A DNA stretch of 64,000 nucleotides from a virus. A program made the position numbers and the translations under genes. Under the pieces are notes generated by a model. The model had not been told where the DNA came from. It did not search any database and saw only the letters and a list, made by a program, of their open reading frames with translations. The stretch spans positions 113,879 through 177,878 of IMG/VR virus record IMGVR_UViG_3300047510_001668; one strand, 5' to 3'. Shown here piece after piece: positions 27,571 to 36,172 of the stretch. Numbering within the stretch: position 1 is the stretch's first letter; every line of letters begins with the position of its first letter.

Positions 27571-28511
27571 GACTTCATCTCACATGCAGCCATGATTTCT
27601 GTCAGGCACGCCACCAGATTGATTTCAGCATCAGCCACGAACGCTGCCTTGTACTGATAGTCAGCCAACAGCAACACCAACTGAGGAACCTGAACCACCT
27701 CAGGCAACAAGAAGTCATACAACTTTCTGAACAACACATTCGGGTCATTGTCCATGTTGTTCACCACCCAGGTTCGCATCTTCTTGAAGTCTTTCTCACG
27801 CAACGTCACCAACAATTCCTTCATGTTGGCATCAGACACATTGCTCAAGATGCCAGCATCAATTGTACCTGACACAGAGTACCGCTGCATCTCATTCAAC
27901 ACACGACGATAATCCGGAAAGTGCTTGTTCAACAACTCTGCCACCACTTTGGGGTCAAATGTCACGTTCTCGTTGTTCAGAATCTCCTGAACACGCTTGA
28001 AGAACTTGGAGGCCACCACAGGACGATCCTCCTTGTCCAACTTGAAATCAATCACTGTAGTCCGACTATGTAGGGGAGGGATGATTCTGTTCTTGTAATT
28101 GCAAGTGAAGATGAACCGACAATTCTTGCTGAACTCCTCAATGAATCCACGGAGAGCGGGTTGTGTGGAATTGGGATTGAGATAATCTGCCTCGTCAAGT
28201 ATCACCACCTTGACCTTACCGGCCAACGAAACTGTACTTGCGAAGTCTTTGATTTTAGTCCTCAATACATCAATACCTGATTCTTCTGAACCGTTGATGA
28301 TGATGTAGTCGCACCCCAATTCTTCACACAGAGCCCGAGCGATTGTGGTCTTACCTGTACCCGCTGTACCCGACAACAACATGTTGGGGATGTTGTCCTG
28401 GTCCACAAACTCCTGGAATGTGTTTTTCAACTTGTCAGGCAGAATACAATCACTGATTTTCCGCGGACGATATTTTTCAACCCAAAGAAACTGCTCACGA
28501 TTGGCTTCCAT
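27567..28511 (-). CDS. gp44: Clamp loader ATPase (gp44)
   Basis: WVEKYRP, GTAGTGKTT, ILDEAD, SRC-like LHSRT. Confidence 0.95.
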   Translation of the reverse strand: MEANREQFLWVEKYRPRKISDCILPDKLKNTFQEFVDQDNIPNMLLSGTAGTGKTTIARALCEELGCDYIIINGSEESGIDVLRTKIKDFASTVSLAGKVKVVILDEADYLNPNSTQPALRGFIEEFSKNCRFIFTCNYKNRIIPPLHSRTTVIDFKLDKEDRPVVASKFFKRVQEILNNENVTFDPKVVAELLNKHFPDYRRVLNEMQRYSVSGTIDAGILSNVSDANMKELLVTLREKDFKKMRTWVVNNMDNDPNVLFRKLYDFLLPEVVQVPQLVLLLADYQYKAAFVADAEINLVACLTEIMAACEMKS

Positions 28512-28513
28512 GA

Positions 28514-29194
28514 TTACACCTTAGATGTAGAGTCAGCCGCAATAAGATATGTTAAGTCAGAAGAAGTGGACTCAAAGAAGAACACCAACACCTTGCCTGT
28601 CTTGGCCACGGCGTGAGCCACACGAACATTGTACTCATCAGCCACCACCTTGAAGCTGTCAATGGCCATCTTCACATTGAAAGATGATGTGGAGTCACCC
28701 AAAGGCTTCTTGTAGCTGTGAGAAGTGCTGTTCTTCGGGTCATTGATGCTGAGTGTCACCTTGCCCTTGTCAGACACGATGTTCAACATGGTGGCGGACA
28801 CGATGCTAGCGGTCTTCACAATGGTCTGAATGTCAGATGCCGTCATCTTGAATGAGTACACATCCTCCAACTGAGGAGGATTCTCATTAGGCGCTGTCAC
28901 CAGACTCTCATCAGCATAGAAATATTCCATCTCACCGCCGTTCTCAGAACGAATGGTGAGGCTCTTGTCGCCAAACTCCACGTCAGGATTCTGTGACACG
29001 GAAATCAAAGACAGGAGTTGATTCAAATCATAAATGGCAAACTGCTGTGGGAATGTTTCATCCACTACCGCACGTGCCTGAATGCTGTTCACGGCATTGC
29101 GAGTTGCCAACTTCTTGCCTGGCTTCACTAGCAGGTTGCTGCTGATTTGTGCGAAGCTTTGAAGAAGTGAAAGTGTCTTGCTGCTAATCTTCAT
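28514..29194 (-). CDS. gp45: Sliding clamp (gp45)
   Basis: MKISSKTLSLLQSFAQI...FAIYDLNQLL; position upstream of gp44. Confidence 0.88.
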   Translation of the reverse strand: MKISSKTLSLLQSFAQISSNLLVKPGKKLATRNAVNSIQARAVVDETFPQQFAIYDLNQLLSLISVSQNPDVEFGDKSLTIRSENGGEMEYFYADESLVTAPNENPPQLEDVYSFKMTASDIQTIVKTASIVSATMLNIVSDKGKVTLSINDPKNSTSHSYKKPLGDSTSSFNVKMAIDSFKVVADEYNVRVAHAVAKTGKVLVFFFESTSSDLTYLIAADSTSKV

Positions 29195-29199
29195 AAAGG

Positions 29200-29490
29200 T
29201 TACTCCTCAGTAGTGTGTTCAAATGTATCATGGATGTACAATAATATAATTGCGTAATGTATGATTTTCAAGATGTCTTTTCTGTTGTACCCATTTTTCT
29301 TTCCATAACGCTGTGCATACTTCAAGATGTTGCCAACGGTGAAGCCTACACCATGACCACCATCAATGATGAATTCCGTGGCTTGAAACTTGTTTCGGGA
29401 ATAATGTTCATCATAGGTGCTGTCAATGTAGGCTTTCAATTCATTAAGGATTCTATCCTCAAGAAATTTATAGTTGATGTCCTCACGCAT
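29200..29490 (-). CDS. DUF3310-like protein (family includes T7 gp1.7 nucleotide kinase)
   Basis: HYS...GFTVGNILKYAQRYGKKNG...DILKIIHY; start MREDINY (longest ORF starts at 29649). Confidence 0.65.
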   Translation of the reverse strand: MREDINYKFLEDRILNELKAYIDSTYDEHYSRNKFQATEFIIDGGHGVGFTVGNILKYAQRYGKKNGYNRKDILKIIHYAIILLYIHDTFEHTTEE

Positions 29491-29848
29491 GTTTACCGTC
29501 CTCAATGATGGGTTTACCTTGACCGTGTGTTTCACACAACGTTTGATACCAGCTGTCGCCACGCAGATTGCCTGGCGCACCACAAAGTTCACAGACTGTG
29601 AAACTTCTCTTTTCCACTTCACGAATTTTCTCATCCAATTTATCATCAATCACATCCGTGTAAATGCGAAGCCCACCCCACTTCTCCTTGACTTGAATCA
29701 CCTTGGTGTGTGTACGATGTTCCTTCATGAAGTAAAACACTTCACGAACAAGTGGTTCCCATCCCTTGCCAACAGACTCAATGGCGAGAGTCAGGTCATA
29801 TCCCTCATAGATGACATAGGTTGGATACCGAGGACTCACAGGTTTCAT
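29483..29848 (-). CDS. Conserved phage hypothetical protein with CxxC
   Basis: GWEPLV...QVKEKWGGLRIY...CELCGAPG. Confidence 0.7.
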   Translation of the reverse strand: MKPVSPRYPTYVIYEGYDLTLAIESVGKGWEPLVREVFYFMKEHRTHTKVIQVKEKWGGLRIYTDVIDDKLDEKIREVEKRSFTVCELCGAPGNLRGDSWYQTLCETHGQGKPIIEDGKHA

Positions 29849-29877
29849 AATTACTCCTTGTTAAACTAATACAATGA

Positions 29878-29905
29878 AATGTAATGTGTTCTCACACATT
29901 GTCAA
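29878..29905 (-). promoter_or_regulatory. Probable sigma70-type promoter
   Basis: TTGACA-N16-TACATT upstream of the ATG at 29848. Confidence 0.5.
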
Positions 29906-30062
29906 GATGAACATTCACCACTGGAATGTCGGTGCATCTCGTCCACTTAACATCAGGTCTATCACCAGTTCTTACATATCCAATAAACACTTTACCATCC
30001 TTGGTGGTGGCAACCAGATAGGGCCTGTCTCCTATGGCCACACATGATACAACTTCACTCAT
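29892..30062 (-). CDS. Small hypothetical protein (56 aa)
   Basis: Translated by hand: MSEVVSCVAIGDRPYLVATTKDG...; GGAGG RBS; fills the gap between genes. Confidence 0.6.
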   Translation of the reverse strand: MSEVVSCVAIGDRPYLVATTKDGKVFIGYVRTGDRPDVKWTRCTDIPVVNVHLDNV

Positions 30063-30063
30063 A

Positions 30064-30360
30064 TCAACCTCCCAAGAATGTTGCGGAAATCCAAATACCT
30101 ACATAACTTCCCACCACAGACCCAAGTGCATATCCTGCCCATTGATGGAATTGGTCTTGTCCATGTGCAATCTTACGGATTACAAAGAAGTTGATGGAGG
30201 CAATCATGAAGTCGCTCATGGCTGCTGTGTGATAATGAGCATCTGCCACGGCACGAAAGTTGATACACCAAACGGTGTAACTCAGTACCTGAATGAAGAA
30301 TAGCACCGCTGCTTCTTTTAACTTTGTCATCATAGATAAATCTCCCGAATGTAATCCCAC
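30064..30360 (-). CDS. Small multi-pass membrane protein
   Basis: Hydrophobic segments; ends YALGSVVGSYVGIWIS. Confidence 0.65.
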   Translation of the reverse strand: MGLHSGDLSMMTKLKEAAVLFFIQVLSYTVWCINFRAVADAHYHTAAMSDFMIASINFFVIRKIAHGQDQFHQWAGYALGSVVGSYVGIWISATFLGG

Positions 30361-30965
30361 ACAATAATATTCATGGCGGCGCTCACATTGAAACTTCGAA
30401 GAACACCGCGTTGTGGAATAGCAACTTTATGAAAATCAGGATGTTGAGAAATGATTTCAGGTACTCCGTGACTCTCTGAACCGAAAATGAATACAGGGTT
30501 CATCAACCCTTTTTCATACCAAGGACGAGATTTATATGTACCAATTTCTTCTCCACCTTGTTCACACAACACCACATGATGCTTCAACATCTTCAATTGA
30601 TTCAGAATGGATTTGTCGGCGGTCATCGGGTCATCAAAAGTATATTGGACGATGTTGATATATTTCTCAGCACCTACAGTGCTACGTTTATCGAATTTCT
30701 TGCGTCCAAAGATGTAAAAATTCTCAGCCCCAAAAAGACACGCCGAACGAATCATCATTCCTACATTCAACTCACCTGTGATGTTGATGCACCCCACCGA
30801 GAAACTACGCTGTTCAGATATGGTGATGGCAACATTTTGCTCGTAGGTGTTCTGCTTGTACTCATCACGAACATTGTACATCTCACTAGCCGTTTGCTTC
30901 GTGATTTCAGAATAGTTCACCATGGGATTAGTCATGACAGCACCCATCACATCCGTGAATGGCAT
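30330..30965 (-). CDS. SpoU/TrmH-family RNA 2'-O-methyltransferase
   Basis: NVGMMIRSACLFG (motif 1), FIFGSESHGVP (motif 2), IPQRGVLRSFNVSAA (motif 3). Confidence 0.88.
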   Translation of the reverse strand: MPFTDVMGAVMTNPMVNYSEITKQTASEMYNVRDEYKQNTYEQNVAITISEQRSFSVGCINITGELNVGMMIRSACLFGAENFYIFGRKKFDKRSTVGAEKYINIVQYTFDDPMTADKSILNQLKMLKHHVVLCEQGGEEIGTYKSRPWYEKGLMNPVFIFGSESHGVPEIISQHPDFHKVAIPQRGVLRSFNVSAAMNIIVWDYIREIYL

Positions 30966-31206
30966 CTACGTTGGCATAGTCATCACCCTTCACCCGCCGA
31001 ATGTGTGAAACATGGTCAGGATCTGGATGTCCCACACCATGTTCACACACTCGTTCCATCATGTATCGGTCAGTTCTCCAATTCAAGGGCCAATCCTTCA
31101 TACGATGATTGCTAGGATTATGAATTACGCAATATTCACCTGAACAATCCTCTTTGGAATGCACCCAAATGATTTTTCCATTATAATCAAACCGTTCCAG
31201 CGACAT
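30928..31206 (-). CDS. Cys/His-rich hypothetical protein
   Basis: CVIHNPSNH...ERVCEHGVGHPDPD...HGCDGCC; start MSLERF (longest ORF starts at 31323). Confidence 0.65.
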   Translation of the reverse strand: MSLERFDYNGKIIWVHSKEDCSGEYCVIHNPSNHRMKDWPLNWRTDRYMMERVCEHGVGHPDPDHVSHIRRVKGDDYANVDAIHGCDGCCHD

Positions 31207-32326
31207 CCTCACCCTCCTCGGCGGCATCCGCCGAGGGCATCTCCACACCCGCGTCCACCTTGGTGTACAGGTCCAGGAACGCCGTCTTGGTGTCAGCGTC
31301 GAAGCGAGCGATACACATCTCAATGGCCTTCATGCGGCTACCGAACATGGCAAAGGCATTCACAATATGCTCCAGACGGCGCGTGCTGATGAGGTCATCA
31401 ATGGCACCCTCCTTGAACGTCTTGCGAATGATGTCCGACCATGCCACCAGCTTGTCGGCAAAGTCCTCATCCACCTTCTCCACACGCTCCATCTTCTTCA
31501 TCACAATCTTCTTCTCCACCTTCACAGAAGGATACTCCTGCTCAATGGTCACGGCGAAACGCTCCAAGAAGGCGTCATCCAGAATCTGAGCTGACATATA
31601 CTTGCCAGAATCGGATCCCTGACCCTTGGTGTTGGCCGTGGCCACGATGTTGAAGCCAGCCGCCGGATGTACGGTCTCACCGGTCTTCTTGTTGAAGTAA
31701 GGCTTGCCTTCCAAGATGGCCTGCAAGCACATCAACTTGTTGCTGCCACGGTCACACTCATCCAGAATCAGAACAGCACCACGCTTCATGGCCAGAAGCA
31801 CCGGACCCTCACGATACACCACGTTGCCATCAATCAGGGTGTTGCCACCAATCAGGTCATCCTCATCCGTTTCGATGCTGATGTTCACACGAATGGCCTC
31901 GCGCTTCAGGCTGGCACACACCTGCTCCACCATGGTGGTCTTACCATTACCAGATAGACCCGTGATGAACACCGGATAGAAATTCTTGCTGGACAGAATG
32001 GTGGTCAGGTCCTTGTGGAAGCCAAACGCCACGTAGGTGGCATCCTTCTTGGGTACCAGATTGTCCACCTCAACCTTCAACTTGGGCTGAGTCAGATGCA
32101 TCACAGCAGGGGAATCAGGCACGTTCACAATCTCCAGAACAGGGTTGGAAGTAGGGGCAGAATTGCCATTCACATGATACACACCACGGCGAACCTTGTT
32201 GGCGTGATTGGACAGAAACGGACTTGGGTTCACATTGATGCTGTTGGCCACCTGGACCACCTCAGGCCGCGTGAACTCCTGCTTGCCAGTGCTACGAAGA
32301 GCATCCACCAGTCGCTGAACCGTCAT
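31187..32326 (-). CDS. MoxR/CbbQ/CobS-type AAA+ ATPase
   Basis: GLSGNGKT, LILDECD, ATAN, AFLERF, ISTRRL; N-terminal DNA-binding-like extension. Confidence 0.9.
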   Translation of the reverse strand: MTVQRLVDALRSTGKQEFTRPEVVQVANSINVNPSPFLSNHANKVRRGVYHVNGNSAPTSNPVLEIVNVPDSPAVMHLTQPKLKVEVDNLVPKKDATYVAFGFHKDLTTILSSKNFYPVFITGLSGNGKTTMVEQVCASLKREAIRVNISIETDEDDLIGGNTLIDGNVVYREGPVLLAMKRGAVLILDECDRGSNKLMCLQAILEGKPYFNKKTGETVHPAAGFNIVATANTKGQGSDSGKYMSAQILDDAFLERFAVTIEQEYPSVKVEKKIVMKKMERVEKVDEDFADKLVAWSDIIRKTFKEGAIDDLISTRRLEHIVNAFAMFGSRMKAIEMCIARFDADTKTAFLDLYTKVDAGVEMPSADAAEEGEDVAGTV

Positions 32327-32370
32327 ACAACCTCCATGATGAAGTAGAACATCTCACGAACCATACATTA

Positions 32371-32431
32371 AATATAACTGTTTTCCAGCCATTTGTCAAG
32401 AGGGGCTAAGTCATTGAAAATCAACAACTTA
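32371..32431 (-). promoter_or_regulatory. sigma70-type early promoter with upstream palindrome (copy 3)
   Basis: TTGACA-N17-TATATT; TAAGTCATTG-N5-CAACAACTTA at 32407-32431. Confidence 0.85.
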
Positions 32432-34603
32432 CGCCACCTGCTTCACGAAGGCGTTCAGGAACACACGGGACACCATCTTGGTATTCTGCATTTTCTTGAA
32501 TGCCTTTAATAGTCCGTTCCGTGAGGTGTTCACCTCTTGTAACGCCTTGTCCATGTCCATTTCTTCAATACCAATTTCAGAACCTGGCACCATGTAGTAG
32601 GTGTCATAGCCACGAACCTTCAAGCCAATGTACTTGTGCTTGTTGAACTCCTGCTTCCATTGCTGTTCAAATACTGCATCATTCACCGCATCCACACTCA
32701 TCTGCAACTTGCGATAGGCCTGAGACTTGTAGTTACGACCACTCATCAAGTAGATACCTACCACACGCGAACCTGTCAGATGCTTGTACATCTCCAGCAA
32801 CTGTGTGGTGTAGCCCTGATAGTAACCTGTGGTACAGGCAATCTGATGGCGGGTCTTGCGATTCTCAATGATGGTGCGACGACCCAGATGAACCGGATGC
32901 ATACCCTTTTCCGGATAATCAGGATTGATACCCATCACCTGAATGCCATTCGTGGCCTCACCGTCTGTGAGAATCACAGTGTTCAACACCTCAATACGAT
33001 ACTCCTCACGGAACTGCTGAGCCACATGGTTCAACACCAGGATGCTCTCATTCAGTGGTGTGGATCCCAGGTCGAACCCTGTGGGAAGGGATGCCGAACC
33101 CCCCTGCCAGTAGTAACGACCATAGGTGTGCTTGAAGCAGTATGCCAACATCAACACATTCTGAATGGCCTTCATGAACTCCTGGGTCTTCATGCTGCTG
33201 TGAAATAACTGCTTCAAACGGAAGTAGTGACCATGAATCTGTAAAGCCCCCATGGTTTCATCATTTCTAGTTACCTCAAAATTCACATCTTCCCGAGCAC
33301 CAGAACCCGTGTCATAGAAACCATACACATCAAAGGGAATGTTCACCTTGCGGCAGAACATCACCAGACTCACCAGCTGCTCGATGGTGTCACCAATGTT
33401 GTCCTGCATGCTGCTGGACATATCAATCAACATCAGCATGCCATGATTCTTGCCATCAGGCACCGTGGTGGTCTGAAGAAACAAGTTCTCTGACAGCTTG
33501 TGGCTCCAGATGCGATTCATGTCCAGCTCACCCGTCTTACTCACCTTGGCACGGGCAAACTGCTTGGCATTGCGACGAAGCTCAAACTCACGAACCATGT
33601 GTGAGATGTACTTGCGATTGGCCTGCATGAACTTGTTGTACAACTCCAAACGCTTGGACTCGATGACCGGATTAAACTTCAATTGTTCATGAGTCTTTTT
33701 CCAATCCACCACAAACTTCTTCACATCCAGTTTCGGAAAATGCGCATACGTGGCAGGATAGGCATTCTCATCAATCAACTTTTCCTGATTCTGTTCCAAG
33801 GCATCTGCTGTGATGGAAGAGGTCTCATCCTTGCTCATCCAATCCTGAATCTTCTGCTTGGCCTTGTCAGATGCCTTCTCCAAAGCATCTGCCATATGAT
33901 TCTTGCCTGCCTTACGGAGACGGTCAATGGTGTCCTGGACACTGGTGGTCTCACCATCCTCAGACTCATCACCTGACTCACCTTGACCATCATTGTCCAG
34001 CGCCTCCATCAAATCCTCGAACAAATCATCCAGTTCGGACTTTTCATCCTTGGCCACATCCATGAACTCCTTGGCCAACATCATCACATCCTCGAACGTT
34101 TCCGCCGCCTCGATGCGGTCCACCAGGTCCTGTTCCGTCGGACTGAACGTGATGTCGGCGCGAGCACCCAACTTGAAATACACATTGGCGCGGTCGGCAA
34201 AAGGAAGATGCTTCATGTCCTCCATGGCGACACCAAAGAAGCCACGATCCACCAGCTGAGTGTAGCCATTGTACATGGGGCGCTTCAACCCAGGGTACTT
34301 GCGCTTCATCTTCTTTTCAATACGCGCATCTTCCACAAGATTCAGAAACGTCTTGTACTCCTTGCCATACTCCTGAACCTTGTTCACCCAACCCGCAGCC
34401 GGCGTGTACAAGGCATGACCCACCTCATGACCAATCATCAGGTCATACAGGTCGGCGTCCATGTCTTGCCAGATGGGGAGAACAAGAACGCGGTTCTTCA
34501 CATCAAATGAAGGACCGCGAACCTTTTGGTGTTCAATACGAATGTCCTCGGCGGCCAGAAGCCGACCCAGCGTGCTCTTGGTGGAGTCCAAAACGTTCGC
34601 CAT
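32429..34603 (-). CDS. CobT-like protein: HExxH metallopeptidase-like N-terminal domain plus vWA domain
   Basis: HEVGHALYT, NLVEDARIE; MIDAS motifs DMSSSM, TPLNE, ILTDGE. Confidence 0.88.
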   Translation of the reverse strand: MANVLDSTKSTLGRLLAAEDIRIEHQKVRGPSFDVKNRVLVLPIWQDMDADLYDLMIGHEVGHALYTPAAGWVNKVQEYGKEYKTFLNLVEDARIEKKMKRKYPGLKRPMYNGYTQLVDRGFFGVAMEDMKHLPFADRANVYFKLGARADITFSPTEQDLVDRIEAAETFEDVMMLAKEFMDVAKDEKSELDDLFEDLMEALDNDGQGESGDESEDGETTSVQDTIDRLRKAGKNHMADALEKASDKAKQKIQDWMSKDETSSITADALEQNQEKLIDENAYPATYAHFPKLDVKKFVVDWKKTHEQLKFNPVIESKRLELYNKFMQANRKYISHMVREFELRRNAKQFARAKVSKTGELDMNRIWSHKLSENLFLQTTTVPDGKNHGMLMLIDMSSSMQDNIGDTIEQLVSLVMFCRKVNIPFDVYGFYDTGSGAREDVNFEVTRNDETMGALQIHGHYFRLKQLFHSSMKTQEFMKAIQNVLMLAYCFKHTYGRYYWQGGSASLPTGFDLGSTPLNESILVLNHVAQQFREEYRIEVLNTVILTDGEATNGIQVMGINPDYPEKGMHPVHLGRRTIIENRKTRHQIACTTGYYQGYTTQLLEMYKHLTGSRVVGIYLMSGRNYKSQAYRKLQMSVDAVNDAVFEQQWKQEFNKHKYIGLKVRGYDTYYMVPGSEIGIEEMDMDKALQEVNTSRNGLLKAFKKMQNTKMVSRVFLNAFVKQVA

Positions 34604-34645
34604 ACAACCCCCGTGTCAGAAGAAAACCCTAGCAGCTATACATTA

Positions 34646-34708
34646 AGTATAATTGCTAGGGCGTCCTTTGTCAAGCCCCTACGTAAGTTGTTGAAAATCA
34701 ACGACTTA
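34646..34708 (-). promoter_or_regulatory. sigma70-type early promoter with upstream palindrome (copy 4)
   Basis: TTGACA-N17-TATACT; TAAGTTGTTG-N5-CAACGACTTA at 34684-34708. Confidence 0.85.
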
Positions 34709-35282
34709 CAGCCTTCTTCTTTCTCGGAGATTTAGACTTTTGGGGCTTGAATTTCGTTTGCAAACGCTTGGTGACTTCATCACCTGACATCCAAATATCT
34801 TTATTTTGTAAAATGGAATTGATTTCACCTTCTGTCAGAAATCCTGTATATACATCCTTCCATAATCTGCGACTCCATTCACGCTCATGCACAATGTTAT
34901 CATACATCTCGCCACCCTTACCAAAACTACCTGAACTGTAATTGTGAAACATGAACATGGAATGCTTGCTGATTTCAAAATGCTTGGCAGACAAGAATAT
35001 CACTGTGGCTGCACTCATGCAAGCACCTTCCACAGATGCCACGATGTTGGCTTTGGTTTCTGCAAATGCTCGCATGAACTGAATGGCTGTGAACAAGTCA
35101 CCACCGTAGCTGTTAATATGAATCACAATCACATCATTTTCACTGGCGTTTCGAATGGTTTCAAACCAGTGAATGTATTCTGAAGGTGATTTTATCTCAC
35201 CTGAAAGATAGAACTTATGAACTTTGGAAATGGGCCGGTCTGTGAATGCTGTCGCCATGGGCGATTCAATTGGTTTCTCCAT
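34698..35282 (-). CDS. ClpP-like (S14) serine protease
   Basis: INSYGGDL, EGACMSAAT (catalytic Ser), FMFH (His). Confidence 0.85.
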   Translation of the reverse strand: MEKPIESPMATAFTDRPISKVHKFYLSGEIKSPSEYIHWFETIRNASENDVIVIHINSYGGDLFTAIQFMRAFAETKANIVASVEGACMSAATVIFLSAKHFEISKHSMFMFHNYSSGSFGKGGEMYDNIVHEREWSRRLWKDVYTGFLTEGEINSILQNKDIWMSGDEVTKRLQTKFKPQKSKSPRKKKAVSR

Positions 35283-35628
35283 AATACCTGGTCACCTGTA
35301 GAATCCTGTCAATTTGTTTTTGAATGATGTCTTTACGATTCGGCCAATGAATGTATTCCTTGTCAGGATTCTTTTGGAGATTGTAAAGAAGGGGAAGGAT
35401 CAACTGCTCAACTTGTTGTAACTTACCGCGTACTTCTGATGTCACCAGCTGTTTGTGTTGTTCAATCAGAGATGAGGTGTCACCTGTTGTGAGTTCTTCC
35501 AACTTGTTTTCTAATGCAGAAATTTTATCTAATAGTTCTTCTTTGAAATTTGGATCCACGGGAGTGACGGTGGGAAGTCCATCATTCTCCTCGAAGGAAA
35601 ATCCAAAATCGAATTGATTATCGTCCAT
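35266..35628 (-). CDS. Conserved T4-like hypothetical protein
   Basis: DFGFS...ILPLLYNLQKNPDKEYIHWPNR. Confidence 0.75.
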   Translation of the reverse strand: MDDNQFDFGFSFEENDGLPTVTPVDPNFKEELLDKISALENKLEELTTGDTSSLIEQHKQLVTSEVRGKLQQVEQLILPLLYNLQKNPDKEYIHWPNRKDIIQKQIDRILQVTRYYGETN

Positions 35629-36154
35629 ATGCTAACCGTTTTTGTAATTTGAGTTGACGCTTCTTCCACTTGTCCAACTCCCACTTCAACTTGAAATTGG
35701 ATGCGTGAAATGTGAAATTGATTCCCTCCATATGGTCATACTCATGTAACACCACTCTGGCACCTATCCCCTGAAACTTGCCAGATTTCATTTCACCCTT
35801 CTCATCCTGCCATTCAATGAATACTTCTTTGGGGCGCCTCAAGGTCAAGAAAAATCCTGGAAATGACAAACATCCTTCTTCTATAGCCACTTCTTCTTTG
35901 CTTACTCCCACCACATTGGGGTTGAAGAAGGCAATTTTTTCCTCTTTGGTGCCTATCACAAACACACGATAGGGAAGACCTACTTGATTGGCAGATAATC
36001 CTGCGCCATCCCACTCCACCATTTTACTGTGTAAAGCTGCTGCCAGCTCCTCTGCCTTGTCACCATCCTTCTCGAAATCAAACGCGGGAGGCCGCGTGGT
36101 CATTCGTTCATCAGTGAAATGTATCAATTGTAATTCATCAAGATTGAAATGCAT
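35618..36154 (-). CDS. def: Peptide deformylase
   Basis: GAGLSANQVG, EEGCLSFP, HEYDH. Confidence 0.95.
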   Translation of the reverse strand: MHFNLDELQLIHFTDERMTTRPPAFDFEKDGDKAEELAAALHSKMVEWDGAGLSANQVGLPYRVFVIGTKEEKIAFFNPNVVGVSKEEVAIEEGCLSFPGFFLTLRRPKEVFIEWQDEKGEMKSGKFQGIGARVVLHEYDHMEGINFTFHASNFKLKWELDKWKKRQLKLQKRLAYGR

Positions 36155-36172
36155 ATCATCCTCTAATATTTA

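Noticed and set aside
31187-34603. cobS/cobT cobalamin-biosynthesis interpretation (tempting given the B12-dependent nrdJ)
   Set aside because: No cobN or other cob genes are present. The motifs only support generic MoxR-AAA and vWA families.
34698-35282. ClpP-like protein as the head maturation protease
   Set aside because: A canonical gp21 is present in the head module, and this gene lies in the early/middle region.
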